A stretch of 64,000 nt of DNA, taken from NCBI GenBank assembly GCA_025594325.1, contig JANHCV010000015.1, positions 558,001 through 622,000 on the forward strand, given 5' to 3'. Within the stretch, counting starts at the first letter, position 1. Each line of letters begins with the position of its first letter. The stretch comes from Blastocladiella emersonii ATCC 22665. Taxonomy: Eukaryota > Fungi > Blastocladiomycota. This document shows, one piece after another, positions 45,704 to 57,621 of this stretch. The translations under genes and the position numbers were made by a program. Under the pieces are notes generated by a model. That model was not told the DNA's origin and ran no database searches. It saw only the letters and a list, made by a program, of their open reading frames with translations.

Positions 45704-46961
45704 TCACAGCTTGAACCGGCGCGCGACCGCGTCCCACGCCAGGACGTCGTCGACGGGGTTCCACTTTTCGGGGACAGGCTCGAACCGCGACCCGTTGAAC
45801 TTGGGCCACCGGTCGACCTCGTCCATGCCGAGCACGGGCGTCAGACATGCGTCGGACCCGTCGTACGCGGCGGCCCATGTGGCGCGCGGGTGCCGCTTGA
45901 CGATGGCCGTGAGCAGGGTCTTTTTCGCGGGCCAGTCGGAGAACATGGTGCCGGCGCGCAGCCGTGCGATCTCGGCGGGTGTCGCGAGGTTCCGGGCGGC
46001 GAGGATGCGCAGGAACTCGGCGTAGAATTGCGGTTCGAGCGAGCCGAGCGCGACGTACTGGCCGTCTGGACGCGTGGAAAGGTGTGAGTGGGGGATGTGG
46101 TAAGGAGGTGATGTGGAGGGCGTACCGGCGGTCTCGTACGTGTCGTACATGTGTGCGCCCGAGTCGAGCAGGTTCTCGCCTCGCGCGCCGAGCATGCCGT
46201 TGGCGTGGAACCCGCGGAGGAACGACGCTGCACGTCCTAGCGTGTGAGCACCCTTGGAATCGAGGGGTAGAAGAGCGACGTACCGAGATACTGCACGCCC
46301 TGGACCATATTCACGTCGACAACACTCCCGCTTCCCGTCGCCCCACGCCGCAGCAACGCCGCGAGGATCCCAATGACACACATGAGACTCCCACCCGCAA
46401 AGTCCGCGGCGAGGTTGACGGGGAACGTGGGCTTGTCGCCGCTACGGCCGAGCAGCGACAGCACGCCGCTGACGGCGAGGTAGTTGATATCGTGGCCGGC
46501 CATCTTGGCGCGGTCGCCGTCGCGCGGGAACCCGACGAGCCGCGCGAACACGAGGCGCGGGTTGAGCGTGGCGAGGACGGATTCGGCGGAGTCGACTTTG
46601 AGCAAAGACTCGATGACGCCCGGGCGGTACGGGTCGAGCAGCACGTCGGCGCGCGCGATCAGCGAGCGCAGGCGGGCGAGGCCGGTGGGCGATTTCAGGT
46701 CAAGTTCGACGGCGGACTTGCCGCTACGCGATGGCGTGTCAGCATCGTCCCGCCCTCTCGAGTGGTGAGGGTGGGGTACCGAGTGAGAAAGTCGGCGCTC
46801 AGGGCATCGGCCTTGCCCGCGGGCCGGTCGACGCGGAGGACGCTCGCGCCGAGGTCGGCGAGGATCATGCCGACGAACGGGACCGGCGCGAGGCCGGCCA
46901 TCTCGACGACGAGCACGCCGTGCAGCGGCAGCTGCTCGTTCATGTGCTCCGTCATGGTCAT
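45704..46961 (-). CDS. AMACR: Alpha-methylacyl-CoA racemase / CoA-transferase family III (multi-exon)
   Basis: [106 protein letters not shown] and DACLTPVL. Confidence 0.93.
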
Positions 46962-47112
46962 GGCTGTGAGAGCGGCGACGCGTTGCGCCCTCGCCGCGAA
47001 GCAAAAAACGCCACGGCGACGGGTCACCTGACGCAAAGGAGCAATCACCACGGCGATCAGGCCGCCGCGCCGTCCCCTCTCTCTCTCCTCCCCCCACAAC
47101 CCACTACTTGCC

Positions 47113-50100
47113 ATGTTGCTCTTCTTCCCGGCGTGGCCCGCCGCGACGCCCGCGTTCCCGGCGCCCGTGGCCGCGGACCTGGCGCTGCTCGCCGGCACCG
47201 CAACCGGCTTGTCGGCCAAGCAGCAGGATGCGGCGCTCAAGCGCGTCGCCGCCGCCCTGCGCAAGCACGCGCCGAGCGACCCGGCCCTCGCCGCCTTCAC
47301 GTCGGCACACCTCGCGCCGTGGGCTGTCGCCGCGCTCCTCGATCCGCGCAACGCGCAGAGCCGCACCGCGCTGACCTACTTCTGCAACTCGGTCGCGCAG
47401 GCCGTCCCCGCGGCGCTCCCTGCCCTCGCCGACGCCGTCGCCGCGGGACTCCCCGCCGCGCTCGCGCCCATGGACCTCGTCGAGCAGTACGCGGCGCTGC
47501 AGGCGCTCGCGCGGTTCGAGTTTGGCGCCGCCGGGCTAGCCCCGCACGTCGCGGGGCTGCTGGCGCAGTGGGGCAGCACCATCGATGCCGTCGTCGCTGC
47601 TTCGGCGGATGGCGAGGATGTCGTCCCGGCCGTCCTCGCGGACGTCACCCTCGCGCTCAAACTCGTCGTTCTGGTCCTCCCGAAAACGCCCGTCGGCGCG
47701 CTCCCCGCCGCCGCGTACGCCGCGCTGCGCGACGCGTGCCAGGCGCTCCTGTGCGCTCGCGTCGGCGACCTGGACACGAAGCGGCTCGTCGCCGTCGTCG
47801 TGACCCAGCTCCTCGTCACGCACCCGGGCGCGCGTGCCGCTGCGGACCCGCCTGTCGCTGACCCCGCCGCCGCCGCGTGCGAGTGGGCGCTCACGCTCGC
47901 CCCGCTCCCCCACGCCGCGATGCTGCGCGCCCTGCTCGCGTGTGTCGCTGCCCCGGCCGCGCACGGGGCCCTCATTGGTCGCGTCACGCGCGGGCTGCTC
48001 GAGGCCCTCGACAGCGACGGCGGGCGCGATATTGCCGTCAAGATCACGCTGTTCGACGCGCTGGTCCTGGCCGCCGGGTTTCTCTCCGAAGACGACACTG
48101 ACCTCGCGCTCGCGGTGCTCGACGTCGCGTGGGCGCACTTTGAGGACGCCTCGGACATGGTGCAGCTCAAGGCCAAGAACGTGTGCGAGGCACTCCTTTC
48201 GAAGCTCCCCGCGGACGCGCTCGCCGCGACCACGGACCGCGCCCTCGCGTGCCACCCGCTGACCAAGGTCCGGTACACGATGCTCGCCCTGCTCGTCCCC
48301 GTCGTCGGCGCGTCCGCGCTGTGGGGCCGCGACGCCGAGGTGCTCGCAGCCGCGTTTGATGCGGTGGCACGGCCTAACGTCGTTGGCCGCGTCGCCGACT
48401 TTCTCAAGGAGTGGATCGCGTCCGTTGACGCCGCGGGCCGCACCCCCGAGTTCATGGGCGTGTATGCCCGCCTCGTTGGCGGTGCGCTGCTCAGCGCCGA
48501 CCCGCTCGTCCGCAAGCACACCATCTCGCACATCCTGCGGCCCATGGTCGCGCAGCTGCCCGCGCTGTACCCCGCGCTCTCCCCCGTCCTTCACACGTCC
48601 GACTCGCCGCTCGCCCTCGCCGCGACCGTCGCCCTGGAACGCGTCGCGCGCACGCTCGAGCTCGCGACCACCACGCCCGTCTCCTCCCTGATGCGCGCGT
48701 GCGCGGCGCCCTCGCCCGCGCTGCGCCTCGACGCACTCGGCCTGCTCAGCGACGTGCGCCGGCACACGCAGCCGTTCACGCGCGACGAGCTCGCGTGGCT
48801 GCGCGTCCTGCTGCGCGACAATCTGGCCGATGCGAGCGCCGAGTTCCGCGACAGCCTGATGGCGCGGCTCGCCAAGGTGCTCGACCGGATCCGCAACTCG
48901 GGCTACGCGCTGGGCCGCGCCGCGCGCGTGACCCAGGGCCCGCCCGAGGTTCTGGCCGCGGCGGAAGACGCGCGCGGGGTGCTCGCGGCGTACCGCGAGT
49001 TCGTCGAGTGGCTGCTCGCCGCCGTGACTGCGGGTCTCGGCCCCGGCGTGCCCTACCCGCGCGCCATGACGGCGCTGCAGGTCATGCACGCGGCGGTCAC
49101 GGCGTTCGGCGTCGAATCGGTGCCGATGCCGCCCGGGTTCAACGCGAAACACTGCGCGACGCCCGTGTTCCCGTTCGCCGTCGACGTCGACCGCGCCGCG
49201 CACCTGCACGCGGTCCTCAACGTCCTGCGCGCCAGCCCGTACGAGGATATCCAGAACCTCGCGCACGCGGTCCTGCGCCACTTCCGGTTCCCCGCCGACA
49301 TGGTCCCGGTGCTGCGCGGGTGGGCCGAGCGCGGCGTCGCGAGCCCGCGCGGGTCCGAGGCGCATGTCGGCGCGCTCATGTTCGACCTCATGTTCCAGAC
49401 GTGCGAGCGGCACGGCGTCAAGCTCGCGCAGGATGGGCCTGACGGCGTTTTTGGTACTTTTTCTCGGTTCTCGTTCGCTCGCTACACCTGCTAACGCTTA
49501 AGCGCGTGTGTAGACAACTTTGTGCACCACCTGACCGCGTCGATCCAGGCGCAGACGGCGCAGACGGCGACGGACCTGCTGGCCGCCGCGCACTCGGCGC
49601 CGCTGCCCGGCACGCTCCTTGCCCTGCAGATGGTCCTCGCGCGCGCGCCCGCGGCCGCCGTTACGCACCTCGCTGGCCCGCTCGTTGACCTCGTCACGCG
49701 CGCGTGCGCGCCCGTCCTCCCGATCCTGTGCGAGGCTGCGCCCGAGGGCAACCTGCCCGACGCGGTGCGCGACGATGAAGAGGACGAGGCGGCGGTCGAG
49801 GACCTCACGACCGCGTCGGCGTCGAGCCAGCTGATCCTGTCGTTCTCGTGGCGCGTCGTCAAGCACGCGTGCGACCTGGTCGGGACGCTGGTCGCATCGC
49901 TCGACCCAGCGGCGGCCGAGGCCCTGCTCGTCCGGGTCGGCGAGTATTTCATCACGCTGATGCTGCAGATCCGGCACCGCGGCGCGTTCTGCGCGGTGTC
50001 GCCGAACCTGGTGCGCGTGTGCGAGAAGCTGGCCGCCGTCTCCGCCAAACCGCTCGCGTGGCTCAAGGACACGCTGGCGTCGGTCGCCAATGACGACTTC

Positions 50101-51954
50101 TCGGTGACGCGGCGGTCCGGCGGGCTGCCGTACGTGATCCAGGCGCTCGTCACGGCGCCCGGGTGCCGCAACTGGCTGCCCGTCGCCATGGACCACCTGT
50201 TCTCCCTCGCCTCCGCCACGGTCACCGCGGTCCAGGTCAACGCCATGAACACGCTGCGCCGGCTGATCGACGACCGGCACCTCGCGCGCGACGCTGCGGC
50301 GAGCGTCGAGGCGGCGCTGGTCCTCGCCATGGGCCTCCTGCACCACGGCGACTGGGCGGTGCGCAACGGCGCCCTCATGCTGTACTCGTCGCTCCTCAAC
50401 CGCGTGTTCGGGACCAAGGTCGTGCGCGACCAGGACCACGTCCTCAACAAGGTCACGGCGAAAGACTTTTTCGCCCGGTTCCCGCGCCTCCACGCCGCGC
50501 TCGTCGCCCGCCTGGGCGAGGCTGCGCGGGAGGATAAGACGATGGCGTCGCTGTTCCCGTACCTGACGCTCCTCGCGCGCCTCGCACCCGCGACGCTCGA
50601 CGCGACGGCGACCGCGGCGCTCGCGGATTTCGCCAACCACGTCCGCGCGTGCGCGGGGTCGCCCGTCTGGAAAGTCCGAGAGATGGCCGCTGACGCGAAC
50701 GTCGCGCTCGTCCCGCGCGACGCGGCGGTGGGTGCGGCGCACGCGCTGCTGCGCGACGCCGTCGCGGTCGTGGGGAACCACAACGAGGTCCATGGGCTCC
50801 TCCTCCAGGCGCGCGCGCTCGTGCGGTCGATCCCGGACGCGTCCGCGGCAGTCCTCGACGGCGACCTTGTACGCGGCGCGGTCCAAGCGCTGCGCGCCCA
50901 GCGCGCGTCCAACTACGCGCTCGCGGTCGCGGTCCAGATCGCCGCGCACGTGCTCGGCGCGGCGTTCGCTGCGGACGCGGCCGCGTGGTTCACGTCGGGC
51001 GACGTGCGTGGGCTCGGCCGCGAGCTTCTCCAGGTGCACCTCGCGCAGGCCGCGGTGCTCGGCAACGGGCCCGCGGTGCTGGAGACGCTGCTCGTCGAGA
51101 CCGACGCGCCGCTCGTGCACGTTGCGGTGATGGAGGCGCTGGCCGAGTCGCACCTCGCGCACCTGACGCCGCTCCCGGCGCGCGTCGTGGCGCGGATCCT
51201 GATCCCCAGCGCGAGCCAGGGGACGACGTGGTCGGGCCTGCAGATGCAGGTGATCCAGCGGTACGCCCTGCCCGTCGATTCGGGCGTGGTGCTGCGGATG
51301 GCCGCGGACCCGGCGCAAGTCCCGCTCAGCGTCTCGTCGCAGCTCGTCAAGTGTCTCGCGCAGTGCATCGCGGGCGCTCAGTCGGACCAGGTCCCGGCGC
51401 TCGCCGCGCGGTTCCTCGAACTTTTGGGGACCTGGGCGGACCCGGACCAGCCGCTGCCCCTGCGCGACGCGGTCGCGCACTCGCTCGACCCGGTCCTCGC
51501 CGCGCTCCTCGCGCACCCGCACCCCGCCGCCGTGCGCGGCACCCTGCTCCGCACGGTCCACCGCGCGCTGGCGCTGCTGGCGCTCGACGACGACGACGAC
51601 GTGCGCGCGCTCGCGTCGGCCGTCCTGTCGTCCCGGCTCACGGGGACCGCGGTGCACTACGGCGCGGTCGCCGGGGTCGTCCGCGGCTGGCTTGCGGCGC
51701 AGCATGACGCGGCGGACGTGCTTGCGGACGAGTGGCGCGCGGATATCGAGGCGCATCTCCGTGTCCTCGAGGCCGCGCGCGAGGCCGGTGGGCGCGTCGC
51801 CGCGGCCGACGCGGCGGCGCTGTTTTACAAGGAGGACCCGAATCTGTACCGCGACCGCATGGAGGAGGTGCGCGGGATCGTGGGGCTGCTCGAGAAGGGC
51901 GGGTGTGAGGTCGAGGGGTTCAAGCGGCGGATGGACGAGGTGGCCAAGTTCTAG
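47113..51954 (+). CDS. THADA: THADA/Trm732 tRNA 2'-O-methylation regulator (ARM repeats, DUF2428), one intron near 49454-49513
   Basis: [45 protein letters not shown] and [20 protein letters not shown]. Confidence 0.9.
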
Positions 51955-52125
51955 GTGATGGTGGAAGTGATATATATAGCTGATTATTGTCGTCGCCTGT
52001 CGATCGATGTGAGTGACGCGTGCACACGTGTGCGGCGCGACGCGTCTCCGCTCCTTCCGCACGCCCCCTCTCCCTCTCCTCTTCATCAATGCAACCCGTG
52101 AACCTATGAATCACAAGTCCTCGCA

Positions 52126-53601
52126 ATGAGTGCGCCCACCTCGCTATACTCGGTCGTGTCGGGGGCGTCGACCATCTTCAGCCCGGCGACGGCGGGGCTC
52201 AACCCGCAGGCGCGCGCCGAGAACCAGCGCAGCCCGCTCGACGAGCTTGCGTCGCTGCGCCGCACGCTGATGGCGGATGAGGATACGCGACCGTCTGTGG
52301 TGCGTTGCGCGTGAAATGTACTGCGTGTGTCTGCATCGCTGACCCGATGGTGTGGGTAGTCGGGCGTCCTGTCGATCAAGGTCAAGGAGGTGCACTTTCT
52401 CGAGCTCGGGTGTACGTTCTCGACCACCATACGCCCACGGCCACCGCTAAGCCGCGTCCCCCGTGTAGCGGCGCAGCTCGTCGGCAAGTCCAACTGCTAC
52501 TGCTCGATCAGCGTGCGCAACACGATCAAGAAGACGCACGTCGCGTGCAAGAAGAACGGCGTGCTATCGTGGGACCAGATCAAACACTTCCCGGTGATCG
52601 TCCCCCGCTCGCGCAAGCACCCGTTCAACCTGGTCAAGCTGCAGATCCTGCAAGTCTCGGACGTGGACCCGACGCACACGACGCTGGTCGGCAGCGTGAG
52701 CTTCCACATCCACGACATCATTTCGGTGTCGCCGATCGCGTCCGTGTTCGACGTGTGGGACGAGCACCGGCTCCTCGGCGACATCCGGCTCGAGATGACC
52801 TTCAACTACGGGTCGTTCGGGTACGGGTACTCGCCGCAGCTCAAGGAGGAGCGGCGGACCGCCAACGAGATGGTCGCGTACTCGCTGTTCCCGCGCATCA
52901 ACCCGCCGGCGAGCCAGATGGAGTCCGAGGACGGCGTCATGGCCGTCAAGGCGGTCCCGCACCCGCCGTACATCCCGTTCCGCGAAAAGGTCCTACTCTC
53001 GTACGGGAAAGAGCTCGGCGATCTGAGCGGGCTGTCGGACCGGCAGTACGCGCCGGACCTCGTGGCGCGGAAACTGGACCACCTCGTCGCCCTGCGCGAC
53101 CAGTACGCGGGCATGAACGACCGCGTCGCCCGCATCATGTTCCTCCAGCACTACCTGACGTCGGCCACGAAACGGCCCGAGGTCATGCTCGACACCCACG
53201 AGACCCCGCCCCCGCCGCCGTCCATCAACTCCAGCTACGTCCAGCCGTTCAATGTCGCGTCCGCGCTCAAGGACGATATCGTGTTCCGCGCCCTCGCCAA
53301 GCGCCGCGAGGCCCTCTCGTCCGCGCGCAACACGGCCGCGGGCGCTGCGCCCACGCAGCCCATCACGTCGTCGTCGGGCATGCTCCGCGCGCCGGGCCTC
53401 ACGACGTCCGCGGGCCCGATCTCGGCCAAACCGCAGCAGCAGGACCCGAAACGCCGCGGCGTGTACTTCCAGGACGCGGGCGCGGGCGCGGCCCGGAAAC
53501 GCAAGATCCAGGACTTTTCGCTCGTCAACGCGGCCGCGGACCGCGGTTTCGGTGAGGCCAGTGTGCCCGACTTTGACGACGACGATGAGAATGACGATTG
53601 A
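52126..53601 (+). CDS. C2-domain protein similar to C2CD6/ALS2CR11 (CatSper-tau)
   Basis: Spliced C2 domain SGVLSIKVKEVHF...YCSISVRNTIKKT...WDQIKHFPV...LVGSVSFHIHDII, then IRLEMTFNYGSFGYGYSPQLK...YSLFPRINPP, recalled as the C2CD6 FSYGxFGYGxSxQL signature. Confidence 0.6.
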
Positions 53602-53616
53602 GTGCATAAATTCCTT

Positions 53617-55898
53617 TCATTCATCGCGACGCGTTTCCGCTGACGGTCTCCGCGCAGCAGCTGCACTCGCGGCAACGACCAGCGACGCGAGCGCGCGGCC
53701 GAGGCCCGACCGCGCGCCGTCAGCCGGGACGTCGGCGTCCGCGACGACCCCGTTCACGGTGCTCCGGCGCCGGCGGTGGCCGCGCATCGCGGGCCGCGTA
53801 GCCGGCGGTTGCTGCTGAGGCACGGGAGCAGGTGGCGGGATCGGCGCGGGCATCTCGACGGTTGTGCCCGAAGTCGAGGGACCAGGCCAGCTGGACGACC
53901 GCGGGCGCGCGAGCGCGAACGAGGCCGGGAAGTTGCCGCTGACCTCCTCATCGCCGCCATCCTCGTCTTCATCATCGCTATCGTGCACCGGTGGCGACTC
54001 GGCCTGCAGCGCCGCGAGCAGCGCCGGGATCCAGTCGGCGAGGTGGCCCGACGACAGGAGCCACGGCTGCTCGCGCGTGTAGTGGTGGATGACGGCGGCC
54101 GCGGCGGTGGCCGGGGCTGCGGGTTCGGGTTCCACCGGCTGGTTGTTGGAGCTGAGCAGCGTCGACGACGACTTGGCGGCGCGGAGGACGGGGACCGGCA
54201 AGCTCGCGTTGCTCGCGCCGGCGGCGGCGAACAGGAGCGCGCCCGAGTCGACGGGGGCGGCGGCGAGGGGCGTGGGTTTTGGGGTGCTGGTTCCGCTGAC
54301 GGCGGGAGCAGGGGCCGGGGAGGCGGGGTCGATGACGATCTCGATCATGGACGGGGTGTTCCGCAGGACAGCCGCGGCAGTTGGCGCCGTCGCCGCGACG
54401 GTCGTCGTAGTCGTGGTGATCTTAGACGTCTGCAGCAGGAGTACGCCCGCGCAAATTACCGCGAACGCGAGGAGACACGTCAGGACCGTCTTGGCGTCGA
54501 GCGCGGACCACGGCGGGTTGAGGATCCAGTTCGCGATGAGGGTCGCGGACGTGAACCCGCCGTAGTAGAGCGGGGTGACGAGGACCGTCGAGAAGCGGGC
54601 GAGCGCCTGGTTCAGGAAAAACAGCTGGGTCAGGAGCTCGACGGCCGCCTTGATCAGGACCGTCCAGAACAGCGGGTCGGTCCACGGCGCGTGCGCGGCG
54701 GGTTCTTTCAGGGCGACGGCGCCGACCACGGCGGTCGCGACGGCTTGGATCTCGACGACGGACAGCGAGCCGAGGAGCGAGCACGCGCCCAGGTAGCCGA
54801 GCGCGTTGGACCGCGCGCGTGGGACGAACCAGAAGATGAGGAGGAGAGAGATCAGGAGGGCGAGCGCGTTCCAGGCGAGGAAGCCCGGAGCGAAGTAGGC
54901 TTTCGCGAAGGCCGTCATGTCGGCGCTGGCGACCTGCTTGGGCGCTAGTCGGAAGAGTCAGTGATCGGGGTTTGAGGGCGGGAAGGGAAGGGAAGGGCGT
55001 ACCGTTGAGGACCAGGATGGTCGCGCCCATGATGGACAGCGCGCACCCGAGCTTGCCCTGCAGGTTCATGTGCTCGTTGAGGAAGTAGGACGAGAGGACC
55101 GCGCTACACAGCTGCACGTCAGCCGTCGATCACGGAAAGATGAGCTGGAGTGCGTACCTCACGACGACGCTCAGCGCGCCGAGCGGGGTCACGACAATGG
55201 CCGACGTGAAGGCATACGCGCCGAGGTTCGCGCCCTCGCCGACGATCACTACACACGCACGCCGAGAGTCAGTACACGATCTCGACCACCCGCGCGCACA
55301 AGAGCGTACTTAGCACGGTCCCGATCCACCACTGGTGCGAGTAGAGGTACGGCGGTCCGCACCGCTTACGGCGCTTTGGCTCGCTCACGACGACGACCTT
55401 GGCCGACTTACTGCCGGCGGCAATACTCCCCCTCGGCGTCATACCGGGCATCTGCTGGACCGAGAGCGTCTGGCTCGACCCGGCGCGGTGCAGGCCGTCG
55501 CTCGCCGGCGTCGGCGCCGAGACCCGGCGCGGGCGCGGTTTCGCGTCGACGACATCCACGGTCGACGACGACGGGACGCGGCGCGGGATCGGCGGCAGCG
55601 GGAGCGGCAGGGTAGCCGTCGACGCGCCCTTGGCGGGATCTGCTACCCCCAGAGCGGCGGCGGCGGCAGCGGCCGAGCGCTTGGCGCGCTTCTTGGCCTG
55701 CGCAGCCGTCATGCCGCGCTTCTGCAGCACAAACGACAGGCCGATCAGCATCGACGAGGTGACGGCCAGGATCACGCCGATGGTCGGAAAGTAGTCGGGC
55801 AGCGCGGCCGACGGGGTGCCGGTCGAGCCGACGGACATGGGCTGGGCGGCGGCGTCCGGCCCCGCGGGTGGCGGCGGAGGCGGGACGAGCGGTGGCAT
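53617..55898 (-). CDS. NIPA-family magnesium transporter (multi-exon)
   Basis: [44 protein letters not shown]...[41 protein letters not shown] and [10 protein letters not shown]. Confidence 0.9.
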
Positions 55899-56652
55899 TG
55901 CAGGTGGTGGTGGTCTATTCGAGTGCGTGGTGGTGCGGGTCCAGTCTGGCCCGGCTTTGGGGATTCCGAGGAGGAAGAAGCGGCGAAGGTGACGCGAAGG
56001 CGCAGGCAGGAGGGATGGGAGACGCGACGGGCGGGCCGACGCGCTTTGCTTGCAGGCAGTCACTCGCTCGGGGCAGCAAGTCACATTCACGCGCGGAGAG
56101 AGGGCGCTGCTGTGCGCGAACGGCTGCGTGAACGGCTCGACTGAGAAAGACGGGCAGCGGAACGTGTGCATGAAGGCCGCGATCGACCTGCCCTCGCTCT
56201 CGCGGTGCGCCACACTGCGCCGCCACACTCGGCGGACGGATCGGCGAAGAGAGAAACGTGGAGCTGCTGCGCTACGCCCGACTCTAGGGCGAGCTAATAC
56301 TGCGCCTCCTCGCCGAAGCGGCCGAAGTCGTCGGCAAGAGCGCTCGCGTGAAGGCCGAGCTCAGTGTCGCGGCGTGCCCCCTCGCTCGCCACAACGAAGC
56401 CAGTTTCCCCTCTGGACACTGGGCACAAGAGATCGACCGTCGCCCGCCCACGCCCCCACCTGATGCTGCGCCACCCACCAGCAACATGCCCTGCGGGGAG
56501 AGTGAGACGCGTCTCGCAGCGGTCACGCCGGGCGTCACGCGGGCCGTGTTTGGCGCGCTTCCGACGCGTTGGCCGCCGATCGCCGCCTCTCGCCTCACCC
56601 CTCCCCTCCCCGGCCCGATCACCGTCGCCATCAGCTTGCCACTCTGTGCAAC

Positions 56653-57595
56653 ATGTATCTCTCACCTGCGCGCACGCTCCGCGTCGCTGCCGCCGCTGTG
56701 CCCGCGCGGCTGGCGGCTACCTCGACCCTGCTGCGCCTTGTCCCGCCCCGCACCCTCTCCACCGAGACCTCCGACCCGACGGCCGCAACCAGCACCGCCA
56801 ACGCCGACGAGATCGCCAAGTTCAACCGCCTGGCGGCGCAGTGGTGGGACCCGCGCGGCGAGCTGGCGTTCCTGCACCGCATGAACCCGGTCCGGTGCGC
56901 GTACCTGCGCGAGTGGATGGCGGCGACGTCGCGCGAGGGGTCGTTGCGGGACAGTCGCGTCCTCGATATCGGGTGCGGCGCGGGCTTGCTGTCCGAGGCC
57001 CTCGCGCGGCTCGGCGCCGAGGTCGTGGGCGCGGACGCCGCGGCGCAGAACGTCCGGATGGCGCAGGCGCACGCCGAGCGCGATCCGGGGCTCAAGAAGA
57101 AGATGGACGAGGGCCGGTTGGTGTACCGCCACGCGACCGCTGGTACGCTTACCCGCTTGACCTGAACTCGGCCAAACTAACCCCCAGCGAACAGAGCAAC
57201 TCGTCGCTGAACAGCCCGCGCAGTTCGCCGCCGTGTGCGCGCTCGAGATCCTCGAGCACGTCGACCACCCGCAGGCCTTTCTGCAGTCGTGCCTGGACCT
57301 CGTGCCGTCGGGCGGCCTGGTCTTCGTCTCGACCATGAACCGCTCCCTCGCCTCCTCGCTCGTCACCGTGACCCTCGCCGAGCACGTCTTCGGTCTCGTC
57401 GCCAAGGGCACGCACGACCCGGCCAAGTACGTGACCCCGAAAGAACTCCGCGCCATGGCGTGGAACGCCGGCGGCCAGGTGCTCGACGTCGAGGGCCTGT
57501 GGCTCAACCCCGCCGCCAAGAAGTGGACGCGCGGCAACGCCGGCGTGCCCGAGGACCACCTGATCAATTACATTGCGTGTATCCGGAAACGCTAA
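56653..57595 (+). CDS. COQ3: Ubiquinone biosynthesis O-methyltransferase (one intron)
   Basis: DEIAKFNRLAAQWWDPRG...LHRMNPVR, VLDIGCGAGLLSEALARLG, EILEHV, STMNR and GTHDPAKYVTP. Confidence 0.95.
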
Positions 57596-57621
57596 CGGAA
57601 CGAGGAAATATATATATATTA

